Part shown: positions 27,844 through 37,100 of the stretch, piece after piece
How the letters are laid out: each line of letters opens with the position of its first letter
Position numbering within the stretch: the stretch's first letter is position 1
Origin: Campylobacterales bacterium
GTDB taxonomy: Bacteria; Campylobacterota; Campylobacteria; Campylobacterales; QNZT01
NCBI GenBank assembly: GCA_027068765.1
Contig: JAMOMC010000173.1
Coordinates: 2,668 to 66,667 of the forward strand
DNA length: 64,000 bases
Direction: 5' to 3'
Translations under genes and position numbers: made by a program
Notes under the pieces: generated by a model
Seen by the model: only the letters and a program-made list of their open reading frames with translations
Told to the model about the DNA's origin: nothing
Database searches by the model: none

Positions 27844-27975
27844 AAATCCTTCTTATGCTATTATACTCTTTCTCGATAGAGTTGTATTTTAAAAGAAAAA
27901 AATTAAATATTTTTTTAATAACACACAATTTATGGAAAATGAAAAAAGAAGGTTTTAGTTTGGGTACTGTTTTTG

Positions 27976-29121
27976 ATGAAAAAAATTGTTTTAGTATGTA
28001 ACACTTCTTGGGGTATGATGATGTTTAGAAGTGGTTTGATGAAGCGACTTGTAAAAGAAGGTTATGAAGTTTTTATTTTAGCACCATTTGATAAACATAG
28101 TAAAGAAATACAAGAGCTAGGATGTATTTATATTGATGTACCTATGGATAATAAAGGTACAAATATATTTAGTGATTTTTTTCTATTTAGAAGACTCTAT
28201 AAACATTATAAAAAAATCCAACCTGATTTGATTTTTCACTATACAATTAAGCCAAATATTTATGGAACATTAGCTGCTAAAAAAGCAAGAGTTAAGTCAA
28301 TAGCAGTAATTACAGGACTTGGATACACTTTTATAAACGATGGGTTAACTGCAAAAGTTGCAAAAATACTATATAAAAGATCTTTGAAATATTCACAAAA
28401 GGTATGGTTTATAAATCATGAAGATCGTAAAAAGTTTGTTAAAGAGAGACTTTTAAAAAGAGATTTAATGGAGGTTTTGCCAGGGGAGGGAGTTGATATG
28501 CAAAAGTATGCTCCAAGAGAAAAGTTGATTAAAAATGGTGATTTTAAGTTTGTACTCATAGCTAGGCTTCTTTGGGATAAAGGTGTTGGTGAGTTAGTTA
28601 AGGCTTCTAAAGAGCTTAAAAAAACTCATCCAAATGTAAAAGTTCAACTTGTAGGTTTTGTAGATGCAAAAAATCCTCAAGCGATATCAAAAGAGCAGGT
28701 TGATGATTGGGTTTCAAAAGGTTTTATTGAGTATTTGGGCTCAACTGAAGATGTGAGAGATTTTATAGGTGAGGCTGATTGTGTTGTGCTTCCCTCATAT
28801 CGAGAAGGGATTAGTAAAATTCTTTTGGAGGCAGCTTCAATGGCAAAACCAATCATAGCTTCAAATGTCCCTGGATGTCGTGATATTGTTGAGCATGGGG
28901 GGAGTGGTTATCTTTGTAGAGTAAGAGATGCAAAAGATTTAGAGTTAAAAATGAAAAAAATGTTGACTTTGAGTGAGGATGAGCTTTTATCTATGGGAGT
29001 TTTGGGAAGAGTTCAGGTAAAAAGAGAGTTTGATGAAAATATAGTTATCGATAAATATATTCAAACTATTAAACAATATACGAAAGAGTCTGAAAATGGA
29101 GCATTTGTTTTAAGAAGATAG
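27976..29121 (+). CDS. glycosyltransferase family 4 (GT-B)
   Basis: N-terminal Glyco_trans_4-like KIVLVCNTSWGMMMFRSGLMKRL, and C-terminal LPSYREGISKILLEAASMAKPIIASNVPGCRDIV. ATG 27976 preferred over TTG 27973. Confidence 0.8.
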   Translation: MKKIVLVCNTSWGMMMFRSGLMKRLVKEGYEVFILAPFDKHSKEIQELGCIYIDVPMDNKGTNIFSDFFLFRRLYKHYKKIQPDLIFHYTIKPNIYGTLAAKKARVKSIAVITGLGYTFINDGLTAKVAKILYKRSLKYSQKVWFINHEDRKKFVKERLLKRDLMEVLPGEGVDMQKYAPREKLIKNGDFKFVLIARLLWDKGVGELVKASKELKKTHPNVKVQLVGFVDAKNPQAISKEQVDDWVSKGFIEYLGSTEDVRDFIGEADCVVLPSYREGISKILLEAASMAKPIIASNVPGCRDIVEHGGSGYLCRVRDAKDLELKMKKMLTLSEDELLSMGVLGRVQVKREFDENIVIDKYIQTIKQYTKESENGAFVLRR

Positions 29122-29178
29122 TAAACTAATTTTTAAATTTGACGATATTGGTTTTATCAATAGAATGAAGGTTAGGAT

Positions 29179-31509
29179 ATGGAGATAGAGTTTGAGGGTA
29201 GGGAGTTTAGTTTTAAAAAGATTATATCTACACTTTTTAAATACAAATGGATAAACTTTTTAATTGTTTTAACCTCACTGCTTTTAGGATTTTTCTACTA
29301 TTACTTAGCCTCACCCATATATGAGAGTTCTGCTACGATTGAAATAAGTGCAAATCCGCTAGAAAATAGAGTAGATTTTTTTGGAAACAATATGGGTATG
29401 GTTCAAGGGACTGAGACTGAGATTGATATTTTAAGGTCTGAATTTTTATTAAATAAGACGCTTGAATCAGTTGATCTTGGTGTTCAATACTTTAAAAAAT
29501 CAAAACTTAAAACTTTAGATTTATATGAAGATGCACCATTTAAACTCTCAAATATTCATATAAAAAATTCTAAAATCACAGGAAAAGTTTTTTATATAAA
29601 GTATGTAGATAAATATAGATATGAACTTGTTCAGAAAAATTCATTTTTAACAGATATTTTCAAAGAGTTACCAAACTCTTTGAAGCCAAAAAATTTAATA
29701 GCTGCTAAAAGAGCAGTTTATAGATATGGTGAAGTTGTAGATTTGCCAAATGTCTCATTTATTATCAATAAAAAAGGACTTTATCAAAATGCTAAATATA
29801 GTTTTGTTCTAAACTCTTATGAGGAACTTATAAAACACATAAGAAGCAATTTAAATATCTATCCTGCATCATTTAAATCATCAGTTTTAAAAATAACATA
29901 TAAAGATACAATATCAAAAAGAGCAAAAGATTTTTTAAATTCATATATTCAAAATTATTTACATTATAGTAGAAAGAATTTGGTTGAGACTGACTCTAAA
30001 ACACTTAAGTTTATAAATGAGCAATTAGATCTTATTAAAGGAAAACTACAAAATTCTGAAAATTCACTACAAATGTATAAGCAGTCAAATAATATATCTG
30101 ATTTAGATACACAAAAAAAACAAATTGTAGATAAGTTTAATGGTTTTAAAGAGCAACTTAAAAATGCTGAAATTGAACTTAGTGTGATAAAAAAGTTGCA
30201 TCAGGGTGTTAAAAGAGGAAACTTTAATATCATAAGTTCAGCAGGGGCAAACTACCCAGTTCTTCATACGATGCTTCAAAATCTAGAAAATACAAAGATG
30301 CAAAGAGAGGAGAAACTAGCAACTCTTACGATAAATCATCCAGAAATTATAAGCTTAACAAAAGGTATAGGCAATCTTGAAGATGCAATTTTAAATATAT
30401 CAAAAGGAATTTTAGATAGAGCAAAAAGTCGTTTGTACTCTCTTAAAGATATAGTAAGTGAATATGAAAAACAACTTCAAGAGTTTCCAGAGATTGAAAA
30501 AGAGTTGGTTAAATATGAGAGAGTATTTGCTGTAAATGATAAAGTTTATAACTATCTACTTCAAAAACAGTCTGAATTATCAATTGAAAAAGCTTCAACG
30601 ACACTAAATAAAAAAGTTTTAGATTTTGCAAAACAGACTATGCAGCCTTTGAGTCCAAAACTTAGTCAAATTCTTGCAACAAGTGTTTTTTTAGGTCTTG
30701 TGTTAGCACTTTTACACACTCTTTTAAGGGCAAAATATGACACAAAAATAAAAGATAGATATGACATCATAGCAGCGACGGATATACCGATTTTTGGAAC
30801 AATTCCTTTTGTTAGTAATTCACAAAAATATAATAGTGCTTATGTATTAGATGCTCCAAATTCATCTGCGGGTGAAGCTTTTAGAGTTATTCAAAACAAT
30901 TTAGAATACTCTGCAAGTTCAAAAAAATCTAAAGTTATTTTAATAACTTCAAGTGTTCCAAATGAAGGGAAAACTACGGTCTCTGCAAATTTGGCTGCAA
31001 TTTTAGGAATGGGAGATAAAAGAAGTATTATTCTCTCTCTTGATCTTCGTCGACCTGAGCTCCACCATAAGTTTTTACTCTCAAATAAGCTTGGAATGAG
31101 TGATGTTTTGTCAGGAAAAGCTAGTTTAAAAGATGTGATTTGGGAGAATGAAAACTATAGCAATATAAATATAATTACATCAGGAGCAATTCCTCCAAAT
31201 CCAGCAGAACTTTTAAGCTCAAAGACAATGAGTGATGTGATAGCTAAATTAAAAGAATCGTATGACTATATAGTGCTTGATACTCCACCTTTTGAGTATG
31301 TTAGTGACTCTATAAGTCTGATAAAATATGCAGATATAACTCTTTTTGTTGTAAAATCTGAGTTCTCAGATTTAAGGTATATAGATGAGATAAATAGACT
31401 AACAAAAAAAGTTGCAATTCAAAATGCAGGTATTGTTTTAAACTCTGTTAAGTCAAAATATTTTGTTGATAAAAAGTTTGATTACAAATATATCTACCAT
31501 GAGGCGTAA
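29179..31509 (+). CDS. polysaccharide co-polymerase / tyrosine autokinase, copy 2 (Wzc-like)
   Basis: 776 aa with the same architecture as copy 1: Walker A NEGKTT, A' ILSLDLRRPE, B YIVLDTPP. Tyr-rich tail KYFVDKKFDYKYIYHEA. Confidence 0.85.
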   Translation: MEIEFEGREFSFKKIISTLFKYKWINFLIVLTSLLLGFFYYYLASPIYESSATIEISANPLENRVDFFGNNMGMVQGTETEIDILRSEFLLNKTLESVDLGVQYFKKSKLKTLDLYEDAPFKLSNIHIKNSKITGKVFYIKYVDKYRYELVQKNSFLTDIFKELPNSLKPKNLIAAKRAVYRYGEVVDLPNVSFIINKKGLYQNAKYSFVLNSYEELIKHIRSNLNIYPASFKSSVLKITYKDTISKRAKDFLNSYIQNYLHYSRKNLVETDSKTLKFINEQLDLIKGKLQNSENSLQMYKQSNNISDLDTQKKQIVDKFNGFKEQLKNAEIELSVIKKLHQGVKRGNFNIISSAGANYPVLHTMLQNLENTKMQREEKLATLTINHPEIISLTKGIGNLEDAILNISKGILDRAKSRLYSLKDIVSEYEKQLQEFPEIEKELVKYERVFAVNDKVYNYLLQKQSELSIEKASTTLNKKVLDFAKQTMQPLSPKLSQILATSVFLGLVLALLHTLLRAKYDTKIKDRYDIIAATDIPIFGTIPFVSNSQKYNSAYVLDAPNSSAGEAFRVIQNNLEYSASSKKSKVILITSSVPNEGKTTVSANLAAILGMGDKRSIILSLDLRRPELHHKFLLSNKLGMSDVLSGKASLKDVIWENENYSNINIITSGAIPPNPAELLSSKTMSDVIAKLKESYDYIVLDTPPFEYVSDSISLIKYADITLFVVKSEFSDLRYIDEINRLTKKVAIQNAGIVLNSVKSKYFVDKKFDYKYIYHEA

Positions 31510-31527
31510 AATTTTTCAAGGAACTGT

Positions 31528-33429
31528 ATGTGTGGAATTGCTGGTTTTGTAGACTTTTGTCAAAAATCAAATGAAGATATTTTAAAAAATATGACAGATG
31601 AGCTTCACCATAGAGGGGGCGATGATAGTGGATATCTTTTTTATAAAAGAGATGATGCAGATATTGGTTTAGGGCATAGACGACTCTCTATTTTAGATTT
31701 AAGCTCACACGGTCATCAACCTATGAGTTTTGATGATATTGATATTGTTTATAATGGTGAAGTTTATAACTTTGAAGAGATAAAAAGAGAGCTTGAAGCT
31801 CTTTCATATGTTTTTTCATCACATAGTGATACAGAGGTTATTTTAAAAGCTTATCATAGATGGGGGCTTAAAGCAGTTGATAAATTTAACGGAATGTTTG
31901 CAATTGCAATTTATGACAAAAAGCTCTCAAAACTATTTTTAATTCGTGATAGATCAGGAGTAAAACCACTTTATTGGTACTATCATAAAAGCAGACTTTT
32001 ATTTGCTAGTGAGCTTAAAAGTTTTCATAAACATCCAGAGTTTAAAAAAGAGATAGATATAGATGCACTAGCTCTTTTTTTACAACTTCAATATATCCCA
32101 GAACCTCACTCAATCTTTAAAAATTGTTATAAATTAAGAGCTGGTCATATCTTAGAGATAGATATAAAAAATGAGAAGATAGTTGAAAAAGAGTATTGGA
32201 GTGTGATTGATTTTTATAATAAACCAAAATTAGATATCTCTAAAGATGAAGCTATGAGTGAAGTAGAGAAACTTTTAAAATCAGCATTTGATTATCGTTT
32301 GGTTTCAGATGTTGGTGTTGGAGTCTTTTTAAGTGGAGGATATGATAGCTCAATTGTAACAGCACTTTTGCAAAAAGATAGAAGTGAAAAATTAAAAACT
32401 TTTACGATAGGCTTTAGAGAAAAAGGTTTTGATGAAGCGCCTTATGCAAAAAAAGTAGCTTCATATTTAGGGTGTGATCATAATGAGTATTATTGTGAGC
32501 AAAAAGATGCACTAGATATAATTCCTAAATTAGCATCTATTTATGATGAACCTTTTGCAGATGTCTCAGCAATTCCAACTATATTGGTAAGCTCACTTGC
32601 AAGAGAGAAAGTAAAAGTGAGTTTAAGTGCTGATGGAGGAGATGAACTTTTTGCAGGATATGATAGATATATAAGAGCCCTCTCTTATCAAAAAAAATTC
32701 TCCAAAATTCCAAACTTTGTTAAATCTCCACTAAATAGCATCTTAGGCAAAGTTGGACCAGAGTCTATACCATTTTTAAAAAATACATACAACTTTACAA
32801 CTAGATATGAGAAGTTAAAAAACATGTTAAAAGCAGACTCTACGACAGAGTTTTTAAAGCAGACCTCTTTTTATATAAGCTTCAATGAGGCAAATAGACT
32901 TTTGAATTTTACAGCTCAAAATCTTGCGACAAATTTTGATAAAGGTAGATATTTAAATACTCAAAATGATGATATAAATAGTATGTTAGCTATTGATTAT
33001 AAAACTTATATGATGGATGATGTTCTTACTAAGGTTGATAGAGCTACCATGAGTGTTGGGTTAGAGGGTAGAGAGCCTTTGTTGGATTATAGAGTTATAG
33101 AGTTTGTTGCAACTTTGCCTAGCTCATTTAAATATAACAATGGTGTAAAAAAGTATCTATTAAAAGAGATTGCACATAAGCATCTTCCAAAAGAGCTTTT
33201 AGATAGACCTAAAATGGGTTTTGGAGTTCCTATACATGAGTGGTTTAAAGATGAGTTAAAAGAGTATTTTTTACACTATCTTGATGAGAAAAGATTAGAA
33301 GAAAATGGTATATTTAATGCAAAAGAGGTAGTAAAACTTAGAGATAGCTATTTAAACGGAGATAAACAAAATGTTGATAATCTCTGGTCAATTTTGATGT
33401 TTTTAATGTGGTATGAAAAATGGATGTAA
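31528..33429 (+). CDS. asparagine synthase (glutamine-hydrolysing)-family amidotransferase (WbpS-like context)
   Basis: N-terminal nucleophile MCGIAGF, PP-loop FLSGGYDSS; 633 aa. Confidence 0.85.
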   Translation: MCGIAGFVDFCQKSNEDILKNMTDELHHRGGDDSGYLFYKRDDADIGLGHRRLSILDLSSHGHQPMSFDDIDIVYNGEVYNFEEIKRELEALSYVFSSHSDTEVILKAYHRWGLKAVDKFNGMFAIAIYDKKLSKLFLIRDRSGVKPLYWYYHKSRLLFASELKSFHKHPEFKKEIDIDALALFLQLQYIPEPHSIFKNCYKLRAGHILEIDIKNEKIVEKEYWSVIDFYNKPKLDISKDEAMSEVEKLLKSAFDYRLVSDVGVGVFLSGGYDSSIVTALLQKDRSEKLKTFTIGFREKGFDEAPYAKKVASYLGCDHNEYYCEQKDALDIIPKLASIYDEPFADVSAIPTILVSSLAREKVKVSLSADGGDELFAGYDRYIRALSYQKKFSKIPNFVKSPLNSILGKVGPESIPFLKNTYNFTTRYEKLKNMLKADSTTEFLKQTSFYISFNEANRLLNFTAQNLATNFDKGRYLNTQNDDINSMLAIDYKTYMMDDVLTKVDRATMSVGLEGREPLLDYRVIEFVATLPSSFKYNNGVKKYLLKEIAHKHLPKELLDRPKMGFGVPIHEWFKDELKEYFLHYLDEKRLEENGIFNAKEVVKLRDSYLNGDKQNVDNLWSILMFLMWYEKWM

Positions 33430-34502
33430 AAAAAAAGATAATGTTTGTTCTTCCTTCACTCTCAGGTGGAGGTGCTGAGAGAGTTATGCTTACCCTTGTT
33501 AAACATATCGATAAGAGTAAGTTTGTACCAATTTTTGTATTAAACAAAAAAGAGGGGAAACTTTTAAAACAGCTACCCAAAGATATAGAGGTTATAGATT
33601 TAAATGTAACCCAAGCAAGATATGCTATTTTTAAAATAGCCAAAAAGATAAAAGAGTTAAAGCCTGATATAGTTTTTTCAACTCTTGGACACTTAAATCT
33701 TTTAATGGCTATGATTAGACCGTTTTACTCCAAAAAGATAAAGTTTATATCAAGAGAGTCAAACACAGTAAGTTTAGAGAACCAAAATGAAAAATATCCT
33801 CGTATATTTAATTTTTTGTATAAAAATGTTTATAACAATTTTGATCTAATAATCACTCAATCAAAATATATGAAGTTAGATTTAGTAGAAAAATTTGGCA
33901 TAAAAGAGGATAAAATAGTCACTATCTATAATCCTGTTGATATTGAAAATATTTTAGAAAAAAGAGAAAAACCCTTAGTAAAACCCTTCAAAAAAGATAA
34001 AATTAATTTAATAGCTATAGGAAGATTGGCTCACCAAAAAGGATTTGATGTTCTAATAGATACAATGGCAAATTTAGATGATAGATTTCACCTTTATATA
34101 TTAGGGGAGGGGGATGATGAAAAAGAGCTTAAAAATAGAATAAAAACTCTTGATTTGAGTGAAAAGGTTACCATGTTGGGCTTTTGTGAAAATCCATATG
34201 CTTTTATAAATGAGAGTGATTTTTTTATATTAAGTTCAAGATATGAAGGACTTCCAAATGTCGTTTTAGAGGCAAATGCTTGTAAAAAACCTTGTGTCGC
34301 TTTTGATATGCCAGGAGGAACTGCTGAAATTATAGTTGATGGAAAAAGTGGAATTTTAGTAAAGCACTTCTCAGCCAAAGCTTTGTCAGATGCTATAAAA
34401 GAGGCGGTTAAAATCGACTTTGATGAAGAGTATATATATAATTTTTGTAAGGAGAATTTTTCTGTTTTGAAGATTGTTAGAGAGTATGAGAATAACTTCT
34501 AA
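33420..34502 (+). CDS. glycosyltransferase family 4 (GT-B)
   Basis: SRYEGLPNVVLEANACKKPCVAFDMPGGTAEIIVDGKSGILV. The start overlaps the stop of the amidotransferase gene. Confidence 0.8.
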   Translation: MDVKKKIMFVLPSLSGGGAERVMLTLVKHIDKSKFVPIFVLNKKEGKLLKQLPKDIEVIDLNVTQARYAIFKIAKKIKELKPDIVFSTLGHLNLLMAMIRPFYSKKIKFISRESNTVSLENQNEKYPRIFNFLYKNVYNNFDLIITQSKYMKLDLVEKFGIKEDKIVTIYNPVDIENILEKREKPLVKPFKKDKINLIAIGRLAHQKGFDVLIDTMANLDDRFHLYILGEGDDEKELKNRIKTLDLSEKVTMLGFCENPYAFINESDFFILSSRYEGLPNVVLEANACKKPCVAFDMPGGTAEIIVDGKSGILVKHFSAKALSDAIKEAVKIDFDEEYIYNFCKENFSVLKIVREYENNF

Positions 34503-34526
34503 GATATCTTTTCAATAATATCTTAG
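34499..34526. terminator. bidirectional terminator-like hairpin between the convergent GT4 and nhaA genes
   Basis: CTAAGATAT (34499-34507), 10-nt loop, ATATCTTAG (34518-34526). Confidence 0.45.
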
Positions 34527-34540
34527 AAAATTAAACTTAT

Positions 34541-35830
34541 TTAACCTTTACTTTTTCTTCCAAAAATTAAAATAAGTACCACACCTATAACAGCCGCTAA
34601 AAATGAAGCCATAAAAATAGCTAATTTAACAGCACCAATTAAAGCTGCATCTTCAAATGCAAGTTGAGTTATAAAGATAGACATAGTAAATCCTATACCT
34701 CCTAAAAATCCTGCTGCCATAATTTCACCCCAGCTTAAGCTATTTGGTTTTTGTACCCATTTAAGTTTTGTGGCAAGATAAGTTAATCCAAAAATACCAA
34801 TAGGTTTACCAACAAGAAGACCTATCATCACTCCAAGGACTATACTAAGGTGTGTATTCATAGCAGAAAAATTTATGATAACTCCTGCATTGGCAAATGC
34901 AAATAGTGGCATTATACAAAAGGCAGAAAAACCGTGTAAATTATGCTCTAGTTTTACAAGTGGATTTTGTACTCTATCGTATCCATTTGCTATGTTTTCT
35001 AGTGCATCTATTTGGTGGTGGTTTAAAATTGGTATATCATCCATATGTTTTTCAAACTCATCAATCGCTTTTTTGCTATTTTGGATAAAGTCTTTCTCAT
35101 CAGTTTTAGAACTAATTGGTATAGCAAATGCTAATAAAACTCCAGCAATTGTAGCATGAACTCCGATACTGTGTATAAAAATCCATAAAGCAATTCCAAG
35201 TATCAAATAAGGCCAAAGTGTCTTAACTCTTTTGAAATTTAAAGCCCAAATAAGAGCATAAGTTATAGCCGCATGAAGAAAATAAGAGGAGTGTATCTGT
35301 TCGGTATAAACAGTAGCAACTACTATGATAGCACCTAAATCATCAACAACTGCAAGTGCTACTAGAAATAGTTTTAAAGCAGGATTTACACGAGTTCCTA
35401 AAAGCATTAAAATACCTAAAGCAAATGCAATATCAGTAGCCATCGGAATACCAAAACCTCTAGGATCACTACTGTTAAATGCGACATAAAATAGAGCAGG
35501 TATTGCCATACCACCAATTGCTGCAACTACTGGAAAAGAGGCTTTTCTTACAGATGAGAGCTCTCCAATTATCAACTCTCTTTTTATCTCTAATCCAATC
35601 ATAAGGAAAAATAGAGCCATTAAGCCATCATTTATCCAATGCATAATACTCATAGATATCGTAATATCACCAACTGTAAAACCAAAAGGGCTATCCCATA
35701 CTTCATAATAGATTGCACTCATAGATGAATTTGCTATAACTACAGCTAAAACAGCTGCTAAAAAGAGTATGACACCACTTAGTGCTTCTTTTGAAATAAA
35801 ATTTTGAAATGTATTTATATATCTTGTCAC
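34541..35830 (-). CDS. nhaA: Na+/H+ antiporter NhaA
   Basis: 429 aa polytopic protein. The segments WINDGLMALFFLMIGLEIKRE and LAVVDDLGAI are typical of NhaA. Confidence 0.9.
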   Translation of the reverse strand: MTRYINTFQNFISKEALSGVILFLAAVLAVVIANSSMSAIYYEVWDSPFGFTVGDITISMSIMHWINDGLMALFFLMIGLEIKRELIIGELSSVRKASFPVVAAIGGMAIPALFYVAFNSSDPRGFGIPMATDIAFALGILMLLGTRVNPALKLFLVALAVVDDLGAIIVVATVYTEQIHSSYFLHAAITYALIWALNFKRVKTLWPYLILGIALWIFIHSIGVHATIAGVLLAFAIPISSKTDEKDFIQNSKKAIDEFEKHMDDIPILNHHQIDALENIANGYDRVQNPLVKLEHNLHGFSAFCIMPLFAFANAGVIINFSAMNTHLSIVLGVMIGLLVGKPIGIFGLTYLATKLKWVQKPNSLSWGEIMAAGFLGGIGFTMSIFITQLAFEDAALIGAVKLAIFMASFLAAVIGVVLILIFGRKSKG

Positions 35831-35897
35831 TAAAATTTCTCCGTTTTTTTTAATTGTTAGGGTATCATAAAGTTTATAAAATAAAGGGTTATTTAAA

Positions 35898-37100
35898 ATG
35901 GGAAGAAAAGTTGCAATAGTTGGTGGAGGGGCATCTGGATTAATATCTTCTATTTGTGCTGCAAGAAGAGGTTTTGAAGTTGTGCTTTATGAGAAGAGTT
36001 CAAAAATAGGGAGAAAAATTTTAGCTACTGGAAATGGTAGTTGTAATATATCAAATGAGAATATATCACTTGAAAATTATCACGGCAGTGAGCCATCTTT
36101 TATAAAACATGCTCTTAAAGTTTTTAATACAGATGAAGTTAAAAAGTTTTTTTCTAATATTGGATTAGAGATGAGAAAGAGAGTAGATGGCAGGCTTTAT
36201 CCTATGTCACTTCAAGCTTCTTGTGTGGTAGAGTTTTTACTTTTTGAAGCAAAAAAGCTTGGAGTAGATGTTGTTGTTAATTGTGAGATAAAAGATATTA
36301 AGAAAATTGAAGATAAGTTTAAAATTTATTTTGATGATAAAAATAGAGAGTTTGACAAAGTTATAATTTCTACAGGTTCTTTGGCTATGCCAACTCTTGG
36401 AAGTAGTGATAGTGGTTATAGATTTGCTAAAAAATTAGGGCACAACTCAAAAAAAACTTTTGCATCTTTAGTTCAACTAATTTGCAATGATAACTCTATA
36501 AACAATGCATCTGGAGTAAAAATTGTTGCTAAATTGGATATATTTGTAGATAAAAAGCTTAAAAACAGTGTAAAAGGAGATCTTCTTTTTACAAATTATG
36601 GCTTGTCAGGATCTGCTATACTTGATATTAGTAGAAGTGCCTCTTTGGGTATTTCAGATAAAAAAGAGGTTGAAATCAAAATTGATCTTTTACCTGAAAT
36701 TTCTTTAGAGACACTCAAATCTCTTCTTTTAAAAAGAGTAAAACTCTCACAAACTATGCCTTATGAGCTTTGGTTAAATGGTATAATTCATAAAAAATTG
36801 ATAAAGCTTATTTTAACTTATGCAAAAGTAGGATTAAATATTAATACAAAAACCATACATAAACTAGCATTTGCAATAAAAAATTTAAATCTTCTGATAG
36901 ATGATACAAAAGGTGTTAAAAGTTGCGAAGTAATGGCTGGAGGAGTCTTGACAAAAGATATAAATCCAAAAACTTTTGAATCAAAGATAGTATCTGGTCT
37001 GTTTTTTTGTGGAGAGGTTTTAGATGTGGATGGAGATTGTGGTGGTTACAATCTCCATTTTGCATGGGCTAGTGGTTATTTAGCAGGTAGTAGTCTTTAA
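35898..37100 (+). CDS. HI0933/YhiN-family flavoprotein (NAD(P)/FAD-dependent oxidoreductase)
   Basis: VAIVGGGASGL dinucleotide fold, GNGSCNISN, and C-terminal GEVLDVDGDCGGYNLHFAWASG are typical of the family. Confidence 0.75.
   Translation: MGRKVAIVGGGASGLISSICAARRGFEVVLYEKSSKIGRKILATGNGSCNISNENISLENYHGSEPSFIKHALKVFNTDEVKKFFSNIGLEMRKRVDGRLYPMSLQASCVVEFLLFEAKKLGVDVVVNCEIKDIKKIEDKFKIYFDDKNREFDKVIISTGSLAMPTLGSSDSGYRFAKKLGHNSKKTFASLVQLICNDNSINNASGVKIVAKLDIFVDKKLKNSVKGDLLFTNYGLSGSAILDISRSASLGISDKKEVEIKIDLLPEISLETLKSLLLKRVKLSQTMPYELWLNGIIHKKLIKLILTYAKVGLNINTKTIHKLAFAIKNLNLLIDDTKGVKSCEVMAGGVLTKDINPKTFESKIVSGLFFCGEVLDVDGDCGGYNLHFAWASGYLAGSSL

Noticed and set aside
33428-33436. A9 homopolymer at the asnB-like/GT4 junction, with other A8/T8 tracts (e.g. 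30111-30118, 36444-36451, 52501-52508) as possible phase-variation switches.
   Set aside because: In a genome this AT-rich, A/T runs of 8-9 inside Lys/Phe-rich coding sequence are expected by composition. The poly-G/C tracts typical of Campylobacterota contingency loci reach only about 6 nt here (e.g. 58464-58469, 28897-28902).
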